A DNA stretch of 63,126 bases, filler included, from Octopus bimaculoides (GCF_001194135.2; 7 parts of 7 records of this genome joined end to end with filler, not necessarily neighbours in it), one strand, 5' to 3'. Positions 12,840 to 25,433 are shown, counted from the first letter of the whole stretch. Translations and numbers: made by a program. Notes: generated from the sequence alone by a model not told the origin.

Positions 12840-14865
12840 TGTATGTATGCATGCATGCATGTTTGTATGTGTGTGTGTATATGTGTGTGTGGATATGTGT
12901 GTGTGGATATGTATATATATATTTCACAGACCTTTCAAAAACTAGTAATCAATATCTCAGCGTTGTCTAAGTCTAATCAGGTTATGTATGAAGAAATCCA
13001 AACAAATCCAAAGTAAGCGATCCCCGCAAGATGTGAAACTACAAACACTTTCCATAACCCAGAATATATATATATATATATATATATGCATACATAAATA
13101 TATATACATATCCACACACGCACGCACGCACATGTAGATATGTATCCGTGTGTGTGTACATGTGCGTGAGAGCGCGTGTGTGTGTGTCTGTACGTGAGAT
13201 AGGTCACATGTACGCTATGATGTTCCGTGCATTGAATGTATGACTACTCTGTGATAGTGAGAATATGAAGCAAGTGTACCGGCTGGCCAGTTCAATGGTT
13301 AAATGTTGTTGATCGATATTGATTTATTTGATCTATTTTTGCATAAGCACGTGATCGGTTTTGTGACAGAATGGATAGTACAATCGATTGAATGTTATCT
13401 AAGTATCAGGTCATCCCATAAGTTCTGTTCGAATTCTGAATAAAGAAAACAAGTGATCAAATGTTATATTTAATTCAAATTTAATCATCAATGTACCTTT
13501 CCTGATTATCTATGACTTCCTTCCATCTATTTACAAACTTTAAGGACAATATATATATATATATANNNNNNNNNNNNNNNNNNNNNNNNNNNNNNNNNNN
13601 NNNNNNNNNNNNNNNNNNNNNNNNNNNNNNNNNNNNNNNNNNNNNNNNNNNNNNNNNNNNNNNNNNNNNNNNNNNNNNNNNNNNNNNNNNNNNNNNNNNN
13701 NNNNNNNNNNNNNNNNNNNNNNNNNNNNNNNNNNNNNNNNNNNNNNNNNNNNNNNNNNNNNNNNNNNNNNNNNNNNNNNNNNNNNNNNNNNNNNNNNNNN
13801 NNNNNNNNNNNNNNNNNNNNNNNNNNNNNNNNNNNNNNNNNNNNNNNNNNNNNNNNNNNNNNNNNNNNNNNNNNNNNNNNNNNNNNNNNNNNNNNNNNNN
13901 NNNNNNNNNNNNNNNNNNNNNNNNNNNNNNNNNNNNNNNNNNNNNNNNNNNNNNNNNNNNNNNNNNNNNNNNNNNNNNNNNNNNNNNNNNNNNAGGTAAC
14001 TCCTCCTGAAGATATAGAGTCAAAATTAAAAGAAGAGTGCCATTTGCTATCTTGTGAACAATATTTCGACATCTCGCGTGTCTTCCACTGGTTCAAAAAA
14101 TAAATTTGTCGATCTACTTCATTTTGCTTAATATAGAAAGGATTGAGGTAACTCCTCCTGAAATAAGTACCATCTAAACAACGGGGTTGATATAATCGGC
14201 TAATTTCCTTATCCCAAATTTCTGGCCATGTGCGTTTAGTAGAAACCATTTTCTTTTTGCAAAAAAAAAACAAAAAAAAAAAAAACGACGTCGACGCCTG
14301 AAGTTCTGGGTTCAAACATCACAGCGATCACCTTTACTTTTCATGCTTCTGAGAATGAAGGTACATTACTTTAAGTGGTATTTTACTTTCAGTGCAAACT
14401 CCAATAAGCATCTTCCCTAAAATTACTGGTCTTGTGACTAAATTAGAAACGATTATTGAGAAAGGGTTAGTATGTGATTTGAGGCATATTTCTCGGTTAT
14501 TCTTAGGAGGCGGAAACTCACTTTGACTCTCATTTATTGACTTAATGAAAACGCCGTTTCTTTACTATTCATTTCTTTTTCGAAGCGATAACACAAAATA
14601 AAAACCTACTAAAAACATCTTATATATCTACTGGAGTGGTGGTGGTGGTTATAGTTGTTGTACAGAGGTAGGTGTGCCATGATGGTGTTCGAATTTTCCG
14701 CTGTGTAGCTTTCTAAGGGGATTGTGATTTGAGGAAAATTTGATCGCTATATCTAAGTAAATCAAGTAAGCAGGTAGATGAATCCTCATTTAATCATATG
14801 ATGTGGGTGATGAAGTAGGATGTGGCCGTTAATATAGTACCACACACACATACACACACGTATAT

Positions 14866-15024
14866 ACAACTGGCTTCTTTCAGTTTCCGTCTACCAAATT
14901 CACTCAAAAGGGTTTGGTCAGCCTGAGGCTACAGCAAAAGACACTTGACCAAGGTGCCACGCAGTAGGGGGTAAACCCAGAACCATGTGGTGGGGAAGCA
15001 AACTTCTTACCACATAGTCACGCC
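14866..15024 (-). mobile_element. SINE family C 5' half
   Basis: ttcagtttccgtctaccaaattcactc...caaggtgccacgcagt...cttcttaccacatagtcacgcc, abutting a CA/TA tract. Confidence 0.85.
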
Positions 15025-15062
15025 TATATATATATATATATTTCTGCTGCTTTTAAATAAAG

Positions 15063-15091
<29 letters not shown>

Positions 15092-15094
<3 letters not shown>

Positions 15095-15298
15095 TAGTTT
15101 TAGGGAAAAGAACCAAGGTTCATGAACTCATCGATGAAAATCCACTGTCACCGAGGACTTCATGAACATTGATTCTTTTCCCTAAAACTATATATTTATA
15201 TATATTTTATACTGTGAAACTTAATTTAATTTCAATTTTTAATAAATTGATTTTAATTGAGTTTTTACTTGTAATTTTGAATTTTATCCCTAATATAT
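15092..15298. mobile_element. AT-rich repeat with partial inverted duplication (Penelope-like)
   Basis: 35-bp arms 15092-15126 / 15159-15193 (2 mismatches); colinear copy at 42055-42212. Confidence 0.55.
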
Positions 15299-15399
15299 AN
15301 NNNNNNNNNNNNNNNNNNNNNNNNNNNNNNNNNNNNNNNNNNNTTAATTAATTAANNNNNNNNNNNNNNNNNNNNNNNNNNNNNNNNNNNNNNNNNNNN

Positions 15400-15441
<42 letters not shown>

Positions 15442-16302
15442 AATGTGTGTGTGTGTGTACAGACAGAGACATATAAGAAGAGAGATTAATAATTAGAACA
15501 CCGAAAGCAAATGGCACAATTCTATATAAAATACAAATATATTTACATACGTTTGGAACTCACCATACATAATTCATTACTTTCTCAAATAACCGAGACA
15601 GACATTGAATAAATATATGGATGATACTTATCTCTTACACATGGAGGAAAGCCCCAGCGTCATGAGACGATTGATAAACACGTTAAACATATGAGTTTTG
15701 ATTTACTAAAAATGCTGTGCTGGGATTGGAAGAAATATCCCGCCTCAAAATTTTGTCAATTTATGAAAATCTATTGCTCTTCACTGTAGCTAAGTAACAT
15801 GCAGGAAGTTTCCAAGATCATCCGACGTTGGAAAACGGCTAGCTTTCTCTTTTTACATTCGTATCACATGACGATGGAATGTACAAGAATATTCTGGTGT
15901 TTTTTTTTCTTTTTTTGTACAGGATATTGCACACTGACTAGCTGTTAACATTAAATAAATTTGTAATAGGGTTTATTTAAATCAATGAATATCTAACAAT
16001 ATATAAAAGCGTTAGTTAACCTGATATATCTTGTCTATGTTAAAGAAGACTAAGGTCTCATTGCAATATATAAATATATGTGTAATTTTAAATTTAAAAA
16101 ACCCAGTTTATAACAGAAAGAGCAACAGAGTGAGAAGAAAGCACAACGAATAGGATAATAGTTTATCCCTTGAAAAAAAAAACGCTTCAGTTATTAGTCT
16201 TTCTTCAGAAGACAAAAGGGAAACACTGGGAGAAGGCAACTGAGAAAGAGTACGAGTGCCAAAAAAAAAAATGCCATTTTTAATCAATAGTAAGAAAATG
16301 CG

Positions 16303-16823
16303 GAAGAATTGCAGATAAGAACATGTGAAGGTGCTGTACGTGAGAAAGAACTGTATGGAAGGATACGTGAATTAATTGCGGATAAGAAGGCGCTGTAAGA
16401 ACATTGAAAGAATTGTTCGTAAGTACAGGGGAAGTGAACTGAAGGAACTATTGGTAAGAACGCGAGAGAACTATTAGTAAGAACGGGAAAGAAATGTTCG
16501 TAAAGACATGTGAATAAACCCTAAGTGAGAACATGCAGAAGAACAGAAGGCAGAGGCATGTGAAGTTAATGTTGGTAACGACATGTTGAAAACTGTAGGT
16601 GCGAAAGCACTGTAAGGAACAACATGTCGATAAACTGGATAAAAAAGGATTCTATCTAAAAGCATTGAAAGAGTTGTTGGTAGGAACGAAGTGTTGATAA
16701 GTTGAGAATGAGCTGTAGGTAAGAACGGTTTCAATACGTAAAATATCAATAAGAACATCTGAATAAACTGTAGATAAGACGGAAGTTATATGTAAGAGTA
16801 TGGAAAGAATTGCGGTTATAAAC
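16303..16823. repeat. Cryptic ~25-bp minisatellite, consensus ~GAAAGAACTGTTGGTAAGAACATGT
   Basis: about 20 highly diverged units read by eye. Confidence 0.65.
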
Positions 16824-17109
16824 GCTAGTTTGTTATTTTGTGCTTCTAAGATTTATCATAAAATCAGTAATCATGTGATTAAAGAAAAAAAATATGGAAC
16901 GTCAAGATGGATGACAATGGAATAATACAATGAATGATGAGGTTTGTTAATTTTGTGTGGGGCGGGGGATGGGGTTGAAGTGAAGTAGTCAGGGTACTGG
17001 AGGGGTAGGTGGGGCGATGGATGAAGAATGGGGTGAAGGAATGAGGAGGATGGAGCGGTGTATTGACATTAATTGGCTTTCTAATGATGAAGATAGCAAA
17101 AATGATAGC

Positions 17110-17136
17110 GATAACAACGACGAGGACGACGACGAC

Positions 17137-17221
<85 letters not shown>

Positions 17222-17490
17222 CGACAATGACGCTGATGACGATGACGGCAACGATGCTGCTGCTGCCTCTCCTAATGACAGCGATGATGACGATGATGAT
17301 GATGATGATGATGATGATCATGAGGAGGAGGAGGCAACGATTATGATTACAAGAGACACAGCGACGAGGAAAACGATAATGATGATGTTGAGGATTATGA
17401 AGATTATGGTGGTGGTGGTGTCGTTGATCATCGTCATCAGCATCCGCATCTCCATGTTCATCGTTGTTGTTGCCATCGTCATCATCATCA
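17110..17490. repeat. (GAT)n/(GAC)n trinucleotide tract
   Basis: long pure (GAT)n core with decayed flanks. Confidence 0.95.
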
Positions 17491-18574
17491 TCGTGGTAGG
17501 CGAACGAGTGTTTCCTTAAGACGAAACATTAATCTTTCTCGGAGATAAATGCCAGTTGTAAGAGAGTGTTTTACTGGTTACAGTGACATCGGTTTGTGGA
17601 ATAATTGGATAAAATGTAACGGATTGACGGATACACGAGAGAGAGAGAGAGAGAGAGAGTGGGGAGGAAGAGATGTTTATATGGGCTTAAGCTTAATTAG
17701 AAAGACAAGTGGAATAAGAGAACGAAGAAGAGAGGAAAGAGAGAAAGGGAGAGAAAAAGAAACAGGTAGAGAGTAATTGAGTTGAGTGGGTGGGGAAAGG
17801 CTGAGAAAGAATCGGAGAAAATTTAAATTGATTTAAATTTAGACAGTTTTGTACAGAAACATATCCAGGTACAAGTAATAGAATTTATTTATACACGCAT
17901 AAAATGGATCTCGTATCGATTTCAACGAAAGTGTGTTCCGGTTGTCCAGTGGTCAACTAAAGTACCAGTTCATTGAATTAGCGCTTAAGGGGTTAAGAAT
18001 TATGAGACAGGCTCCTCTAAAGCCACCCACCACCACCACCACCATTCGTTTTCATTAACCTTGTTCATCGCAGTTTACCCTTGGATTGATAGTTAACTAT
18101 TAATCCAATAGTTTGCTATTATTACTTCGTTTTGGGATTTGGTTTGCAAGATTCTTTGTGAGTTCGTGCATTGAAGCATATTATGTTGTGTCTGGAGCGA
18201 GTCATTGTCTTTTAGTGCCTTATAATTTAACACACTCACCAGTAAAGTTTCCACCCATTTACTTATTTATTTTTCCTAAACTTTTCGTTGCGTCTTGCAA
18301 CAATTTCAATAGTCGTTGACTGTCCGTTATTCCTGTAATAATATTACCTGTTGTTGCAGGACAGTTCGTCTTCTCTGATGACCTGAAGTCGACTCAGCGT
18401 CGCATAATATGTGACAAAGATGAACCCTAAGATTAGTGGATAAGTGTTCTGAGACAGCTTATTCCTACCACACAAACATGCGCGCGCGCGCAAACATACA
18501 TAGCCCAGTTACTGTGTAGCAGTATGTAATGAGGCAATACTTTTGGATAAATTGTTGAGTATTACAGGACAGTT

Positions 18575-18735
18575 AGAGGCGTGTGGCTTAGTGGTTAGGG
18601 TGTTGCACTCATGATTGTAAGATTGTGGTTTCGATTCCTGGACTAGGCAATGCGTTGTGTTCTTGAGCGAAACACTTTATTTCACGCTGCTCCAGTCCAC
18701 TCAGCTACCAAAAATTAGCAGCCTTGCCACATACC
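18575..18735 (+). mobile_element. SINE family A/B head fragment
   Basis: gtggcttagtggttagg (A box), ggtttcgattcc (B box), ttcttgagcgaaacactttatttcacg. Confidence 0.8.
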
Positions 18736-18752
18736 GGCGTCCGCTCCAATGG

Positions 18753-18968
18753 ACAGATATTACAAAATGCATATGTAGTCTGATCAATACGTATCCGGAC
18801 TGTTGCCATATTAACGAAACTAAAGTACGCAGAGTAAAGCTGCTTGGCCTAAATTGACCTTGCACTATCTTTTGTATGCGCAGTAAGTTTTAACGATCTA
18901 GCTCACTTCTGCTGCTTACAGCAGTGCTTGGAAATAACGTGTGTAGCGTAAGCTTGTTGCATTAACTA
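18753..18968 (+). mobile_element. Mariner 5' end, local duplicate of 19940-20155
   Basis: 216-bp colinear match including ~20 bp of flank outside the TIR. Confidence 0.8.
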
Positions 18969-19960
18969 TATATACTCTTCAGAATTCGAGAAACCGGCCA
19001 TAAGAGCCTACAGGTGAGGAAATGACTTTTGATCCTATAATTACAACACATTCCCTCCCCTACGTCCGCTGTCCTCCAGCGTGAGACACAATGGGACAAA
19101 ACTGCACCCTGCGTATTTCACAACTGTGTTCCCCGCTGTTGTACTCAATCCGTCTCAGTATGACACAGTATTAACCGCTAAACACGTAACTGGCTATTAA
19201 AACATAAGCCGCCTTTCTCCGTGTTGTTTTCAAACTGACTCAGCGTGGCTCAGTATTGACCTCTTGATTAGTAACTGAGTACTATAGGACCCATCTTTCA
19301 TCATGCTGGGCTCAAGTTGAATCAGCAGAGCTCAGTATATGGTACGTACTCTGGTATTAGTAGCTGAGCATGACAGGACAATCTCTGCATGTTATCCCCT
19401 GAATGGAGCGCCTGGGTGTGGTTATGACATGATTATTGAAAAACTCGAAACAGTAAATGAATTCTGAAAACTTCGTGCAGGATTATGTATGGAAAGATTT
19501 CTAACACAAGTCTCCACCAGCTTCCTTGGAGCCAGGACACTGGCTATCAGCTAAAACCCAGTTAAACAAAAGAGACAGCCAATCTTCCACCTCTGAGGCA
19601 AGACCAAGAATGTCCATTCCAAGAGAATTCTGGAGAAAACATTATACATGAGAGCAGCAGCTGCCACTGAATAAGAATATATTAAGATATTGCTTTCATA
19701 TGCAATAATATCCGTAGGAACCGCGTGTGTGTGTGTAAATGTGAGTATATATATTTATGTACTTGTAAGATGTGTGTGTATGAAATGCAAGCGAGTGTAT
19801 TTGATTGTATATGTATATGCTTATATGTAAGTGCGTTATCGTATATCAGTTTGTGTGAGTGTACGTGTGTGCGTGTGCATGTACGATTTTGCATGTGGGT
19901 ATGTGTAGTTACTTGTGTGCGTTTAATATGAATATCTGTACAGATATTACAAAATGAATA

Positions 19961-20810
19961 TGTAGTCTGCTCAATAAGTATCCGGACTGTTGCAATATTA
20001 ACGAGGCTATAGTACGCAGAGTAAAGCCGCTTGGCATAAATTGACCTTTAACTTTCTTTTGTATGCGCAGTAAGTATTAACGTTCTAGTTCGCTTCTGCT
20101 GGTTACAGCAGTGCTTGGAAGTAACGTGTGTAGCGTAAGCTTGTTGCATTAACTATTACAGAGAAAATTGAGCAGATAATCTGCATCAGCTTTTCCAAAA
20201 GCTTGGCGATCCCTGCTCAGAGGCCTACGCAAAGTTTTAAAACGTTTTCATCGTTCTTGACACAATAAGGATCTTGTGCAACTGAAACCCAGGTGTTGTT
20301 TTGGTCAGCTGAAAGCAATTTTGGCACAAACTTGGCAGACATGTGTCTCATACCCAAATCTTCAGTGATAATGGACTGAACTGAGCGGTAACTAATCTGG
20401 ACATCCTCTGCTAACTCACGGATGGTGATTCGATGATTTGTCCTCACAGCTGCATGCACATCTGCGATATTTTTCTCAGTTTTGCTAGTCGCGGGTCTTT
20501 CAAATTGTTTGTTAATATCGACATTTTTTCGGCCATCTTGGAAACGTCTGAAGCACTGGTACACTTGTGTGCGACTCACACACTCCTCACCATACACTTT
20601 CTGCAACTTTGCGGAGGCCTCTGAGCGGGTATCGCCATGGAAACTTTCTTTCCAAGCACTGCTGTAAACAGCGAAAGTGAACTGGGAATGTCAAAACTTA
20701 GTGCACATGTACAGCAGAGTTCAAGGTCAATCTTTGCCAAGCGGTTTCAATCTGCATGCCCCAGCTTCGTTACTGTGACAACAGTCCGGATACTTATTGA
20801 TCAGATCTCT
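19961..20810. mobile_element. Mariner element made of two convergent 5' halves
   Basis: 32-bp TIRs (27/32, inner 22 identical) flanked by TA; minus-strand HTH transposase ORF 20217-20606 (..MSAKFVPKLL..); plus-strand N-terminus ~20157-20236. Confidence 0.85.
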
Positions 20811-21027
20811 TATGTGACTATATAGCTATGTAAGCATGTTGGTATGTATATATATGTATGTATGTATACGCATTAGTGTATTTAAGTTTGTCTAAGAGTA
20901 TGTTTGTCTGTGTGGTTCTTTTGGCGTGCGTATATATGTGTGTGTATGTGAGTGTATGATTTTGTGTGTGGATATGTGTAATTATGCGTGCGTGTGTACA
21001 TTTTCGTTACAGATATGATAAAATGCA

Positions 21028-21081
<54 letters not shown>

Positions 21082-21213
21082 GCATCTTTATTCTTAAGTG
21101 AAAGTGATATACGTATGAAAGTATGTATGTATATAGGTGTGTATGTACGCGTGTATGTGTGTATGTTTATATGTATATGCCATAGTGTATGAGATCCTAC
21201 GCTCACGCGCACA

Positions 21214-21248
<35 letters not shown>

Positions 21249-21807
21249 TTATGATGTGTGTCTTCTTTTATTCTTTTACTTGTTTCAGTCATTTGACTGC
21301 TGCCATGCTGGANNNNNNNNNNAACTTAGTGCACATGTACAGCAGAGTTCAAGGTCAATCTTTGCCAAGCGGTTTCAATCTGCATGCCCCAGCTTCGTTA
21401 CTGTGACAACAGTCCGGATACTTATTGATCAGATCTCTTATGTGACTATATAGCTATGTAAGCATGTTGGTATGTATATATATGTATGTATGTATACGCA
21501 TTAGTGTATTTAAGTTTGTCTAAGAGTATGTTTGTCTGTGTGGTTCTTTTGGCGTGCGTATATATGTGTGTGTATGTGAGTGTATNNNNNNNNNNNNNNN
21601 NNNNNNNNNNNNNNNNNNNNNNNNNNNNNNNNNNNNNNNNNNNNNNNNNNNNNNNNNNNNNNNNNNNNNNNNNNNNNNNNNNNNNNNNNNNNNNNNNNNN
21701 NNNNNNNNNNNNNNNNNNNNNNNNNNNNNNNNNNNNNNNNNNNNNNNNNNNNNNNNNNNNNNNNNNNNNNNNNNNNNNNNNNNATATATATATATATATA
21801 TATATAC

Positions 21808-21965
21808 GACGGACTTTTTTTCAGTTTCCGTCTACCAAATCAACTCACAAGGCTTTGGTCGGCCCGTGGCTTATAGTAGAAGACATTCGCCCAAGGTGCT
21901 ACGCAGTGGGACTGAACCCGGAACCATGTGGTTGAGAAGCAAGCTGCTTACCTCAGAGCCACGCC
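21808..21965 (-). mobile_element. SINE family C 5' half
   Basis: head plus ccaaggtg motif, ends in (TA)n at a gap; matching tail piece at 21270-21312. Confidence 0.85.
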
Positions 21966-22129
21966 TGTATGCTAGTGAAAAATTTTAATAATTGTGTATG
22001 CGCAGATATCTAAGCGAACACCAACTATTTCTGAGAGTGCCTATGCACGCAAGAGCATGCAGTCATATATGAGCCTTTGGAGGTGAACGTGTGCATTTGT
22101 GTGTTATATCATGCATGCGGTTTTGCGTG

Positions 22130-23180
22130 AGTACCTGTATGAATAATTGTATTCAGTATGTGCTTATGTTTGCATCTGTGTATGGATATTTGTGCACATA
22201 CGCATGTATATGTGGCTAAATGAATATATTTCTCTCTCACTCTCTCTCTCACTTTCTCTGCACGTGTGTATATGTATGTGTATGTGATGTGTGTGTATAC
22301 ATATATTTCAGTGTCTACATGCATGTATATGTATGTTTGTGTATGTTTATTTATGTGTATATATGAGTATGCATATATGTATACGTATATATATATATAT
22401 ATGCATATGTGTATATGCACATATGTGTATATGCACATATGTGTATGATTGTGCATGTATGTGCAATGCGTACATTTGTGTTTAAATTTATGTTTGCATG
22501 TATGTATGCATGTGCCTATGTGCATGTTTCTATGTGTGTGTGTATGCATGTGCTTTATACATACATGTGTATGTGCACATCTGTGTATATTTAGGTGTGT
22601 GTGTCTGCACGTTCATATCTATGTATGTCAACGTGTGTAAGTCACACACAGTGTACACAATCATATGTAAGTGTATGAAAATACACATATTTTAAATTAT
22701 GCGCTGTGTACGTGTGTGATTGAGTGCATGCGTATGTCTGCGCGTGTGTAGCGTGAGTGGAGAGGTTTAAGTTCATTTAGGTCCATATTCATCCGCGAAT
22801 GTGCGCATACACGTGCACTTCTTTCTAGACGTGTGTTAGTATACGTGCTAAAATGCTGATGCACATGTTTTTGCAGCTGTGTGATATACTTGTACGTTTG
22901 AGTCCTATATTGTGTCTGCATATGTATAAATATGTGTGCGTGTATATATATTTGTGCATTTGGATCTGTATGTGTCTACGGGTACATGCTTGTGTATGCA
23001 TACGTATATGCGTAGGTATATATGCGCAGTTGGATCTGTATGTGTTTGTGAGTATACGCATGCTTGTACAGGCACATCTAGACATGTGTTGCTATATGTA
23101 CATTTATGCTCGCACACACGTTTGAGCACGCGCGCGTATGTGTTTGCATGTCTCCATCTCAGTATGTACGTCTGTATGTG
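22130..23180. repeat. Decayed (TG)/(TA)-derived low-complexity field
   Basis: purine-pyrimidine alternation throughout. Confidence 0.85.
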
Positions 23181-23739
23181 TATTGATTTTCTTGAAGCCA
23201 TATAAAGAAAAGCCGCGTAACCAATCCTATAATCTACGAGGTAACTACGATAGTATTGTAGCAGCCGTGTTAATCCAAACAGCATTTTCAACAAATGCTA
23301 TTGGACATTTTTATTAAATGTGGCAGATAGGGCGCCCTCTTTCTTCCTGAGGCCGGTTAATGGCGTAGGGTAACGTATAATGAGAGCGAGGTGACAGTTA
23401 ATAACGAGCAGTAACGAGCGGTGACGGACGAACGAGTGGTGGAGTATGGTAGCCAGAACTAACGAGCTAATGTTGTTGTTGTTGTTGTTCTTGTTCTTTG
23501 TTCTCTTGTTTTTGTCCTTGTTCTTGTTGTCCTCGTTTAGCCCCAGGTCAGCTCTAGTCAATCAAGACTGGTGCACAAAAGCATGGTAATCGCGATCAGC
23601 TCTTCTTATATGGAAAGGATTCTAGAATTTAATTATCCACCGTGCTTTGTTTTGCTTCATTTATGGCTTCTTTTTTACCCTTTTTTTTCCTCCTTCCTTA
23701 GACATTAACGTGAGATTAGAAGATTTGATTACTACTTTA

Positions 23740-24990
23740 AGAGATAAAGCTACAGAACGGCGATGGCGAATAGTGATGAGAATGATCGATAATAAAGAAT
23801 GACGAGTAATGAAGAATGATAAGTGGTGACAAATAGTGACGAATGGTAACGAATACAGATGAGTGGTAATGATCAATGACAAATGGTGGTGATGGGTGAC
23901 GAATGGTGACGCGTAGTGACGAGCGGTGGCGAGTGGTGGCGAGTGGTAACGAGCAGTTATGCACGGTAACGAGAGGTGATGTGTGGTGAGAAAGAGTATT
24001 GAATGCCGACAAGTTGTGACGATCGTTGACGAATGGTGACATCTGGTGACGAATGGTGATATGTGGTGATGGGTGATGACAAATGGCGAATACTAGAGAC
24101 GAATGGTGAAGAGTTGTGGCGAGTGGTGACAAGTGGACGAGTTGTAACGTCTGGTGACGAGTAGTGATGAGGCGTAATGAATGGGGACGAATGGTGACGA
24201 ACAGTGACGAATAGTGACGGACAATGACGATTGGTGCCAAGCAGTGACGATTAGTAACGAGCAATAACGAAGGATGATGAGTGATGATGAACGAATGGTG
24301 ACGAAGAGTGAGGCTGAGAGGTGACGAGAGGTGACGAAGGGTGACGAAAGGTGACGAAGGGTGACGAGAGGTGACGAAGGGTGACGAGAGGTGACGAGAG
24401 GTGACGAGAGGTGACGAAGGGTGACGAGAGGTGACGAAGGGTGACGAAGGGTGACGAAGGGTGACGAGAGGTGACGAGGGGTGACGAGGGGTGACGAAGG
24501 GTGACGAGAGGTGACGANNNNNNNNNNNNNNNNNNNNNNNNNNNNNNNNNNNNNNNNNNNNNNNNNNNNNNNNNNNNNNNNNNNNNNNNNNNNNNNNNNN
24601 NNNNNNNNNNNNNNNNNNNNNNNNNNNNNNNNNNNNNNNNNNNNNNNNNNNNNNNNNNNNNNNNNNNNNNNNNNNNNNNNNNNNNNNNGACGAGAGGTGA
24701 CGAGGGGTGACGAGAGGTGACGAGAGGTGACGAGAGGTGACGAGAGGTGACGAGGGGTGACGAGGGGTGACGAGGGGTGACGAAAGGTGACGAGAGGTGA
24801 CGAGAGGTGACGAGAGGTGGTGAGAGGTGACGAGTAGTGAGGCGAGTGACGATCAGTGACAGATAAGGACCCGTAGTTACGATGTGTGACTCAGGTGATA
24901 ACAAATAGTGATGATGCTGGCCATTAACGATTTGTGAGGTGCCAGAGGTGAAATGTAGTTGTAAGATGTGACGAGTGAGGATGAAAACAC
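23740..24990. repeat. 10-bp satellite GTGACGAGAG / GTGACGAAGG
   Basis: near-perfect units 24320-24830 (gap 24518-24688), increasingly diverged units outward. Confidence 0.95.
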
Positions 24991-25153
24991 TAACGAGTGG
25001 TGACTTCCAGCAACGACTATTGAAGAGTAAATGGTATAAAGTTGTGACTAGTTTTGGCCAAAGATGACATAAAGTGAGTATTACGACGCCCTCAGGACTT
25101 GTTACTTAATCTATCAACCTGATAGGGGACAAGGGTGGAACCTTAGGTTAGAT

Positions 25154-25433
25154 CAGGGGCTTTCAAACTGTGGTCCACGGACCACAGGGGGTCAGCAAGG
25201 ACAAGACAGGGGGTCCGGGGACAGCAAATACTTTTTTATGGGCAATTTGATTTTATATATGTTTTTTAATCGAAATCTTTTAATTGACAACAAACCTATT
25301 TGTTAAATACTGTTAAATAAATAAATGTAAACATATATGTTATTTTAAGCAAATATTTATGTATAAATTTGATAAGCGTTTATAAGGTAAAGCCTGAAAT
25401 ATAAAGGGGTCCGCAAGTCATTGAAAACCCCTG
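25154..25433. mobile_element. hAT (Charlie-like) MITE
   Basis: TIR CAGGGGCTTTCAA / TTGAAAACCCCTG (12/13); perfect 8-bp TSD GGTTAGAT. Confidence 0.93.

Noticed and set aside
15344-15355. TTAATTAATTAA islands inside N runs (also 31585, 41909, 54538, 56995, 60662)
   Set aside because: Identical 12-mer centred in gaps with stops in all six frames: a scaffolding spacer, not biology.
17017-17346. Poly-Asp ORF
   Set aside because: (GAT)n microsatellite with no complex coding flanks.
18361-18430. Possible terminal exon GQFVFSDDLKSTQRRIICDKDEP*
   Set aside because: Acceptor plausible but peptide short and unrecognised, with no partner exon.
21323-21585. Apparent fourth mariner end, identical to 20695-20957
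   Set aside because: Apparently exact copy wedged between two gaps; most likely an unmerged contig overlap.
23223-23237. NPIIY motif resembling GPCR TM7
   Set aside because: Lies upstream of the TM6 exon, is preceded by basic residues (KKSRVT) rather than a hydrophobic helix, and has a nearby stop.
24320-24830. CRISPR-like array
   Set aside because: Contiguous 10-bp units with no spacers, in eukaryotic context.
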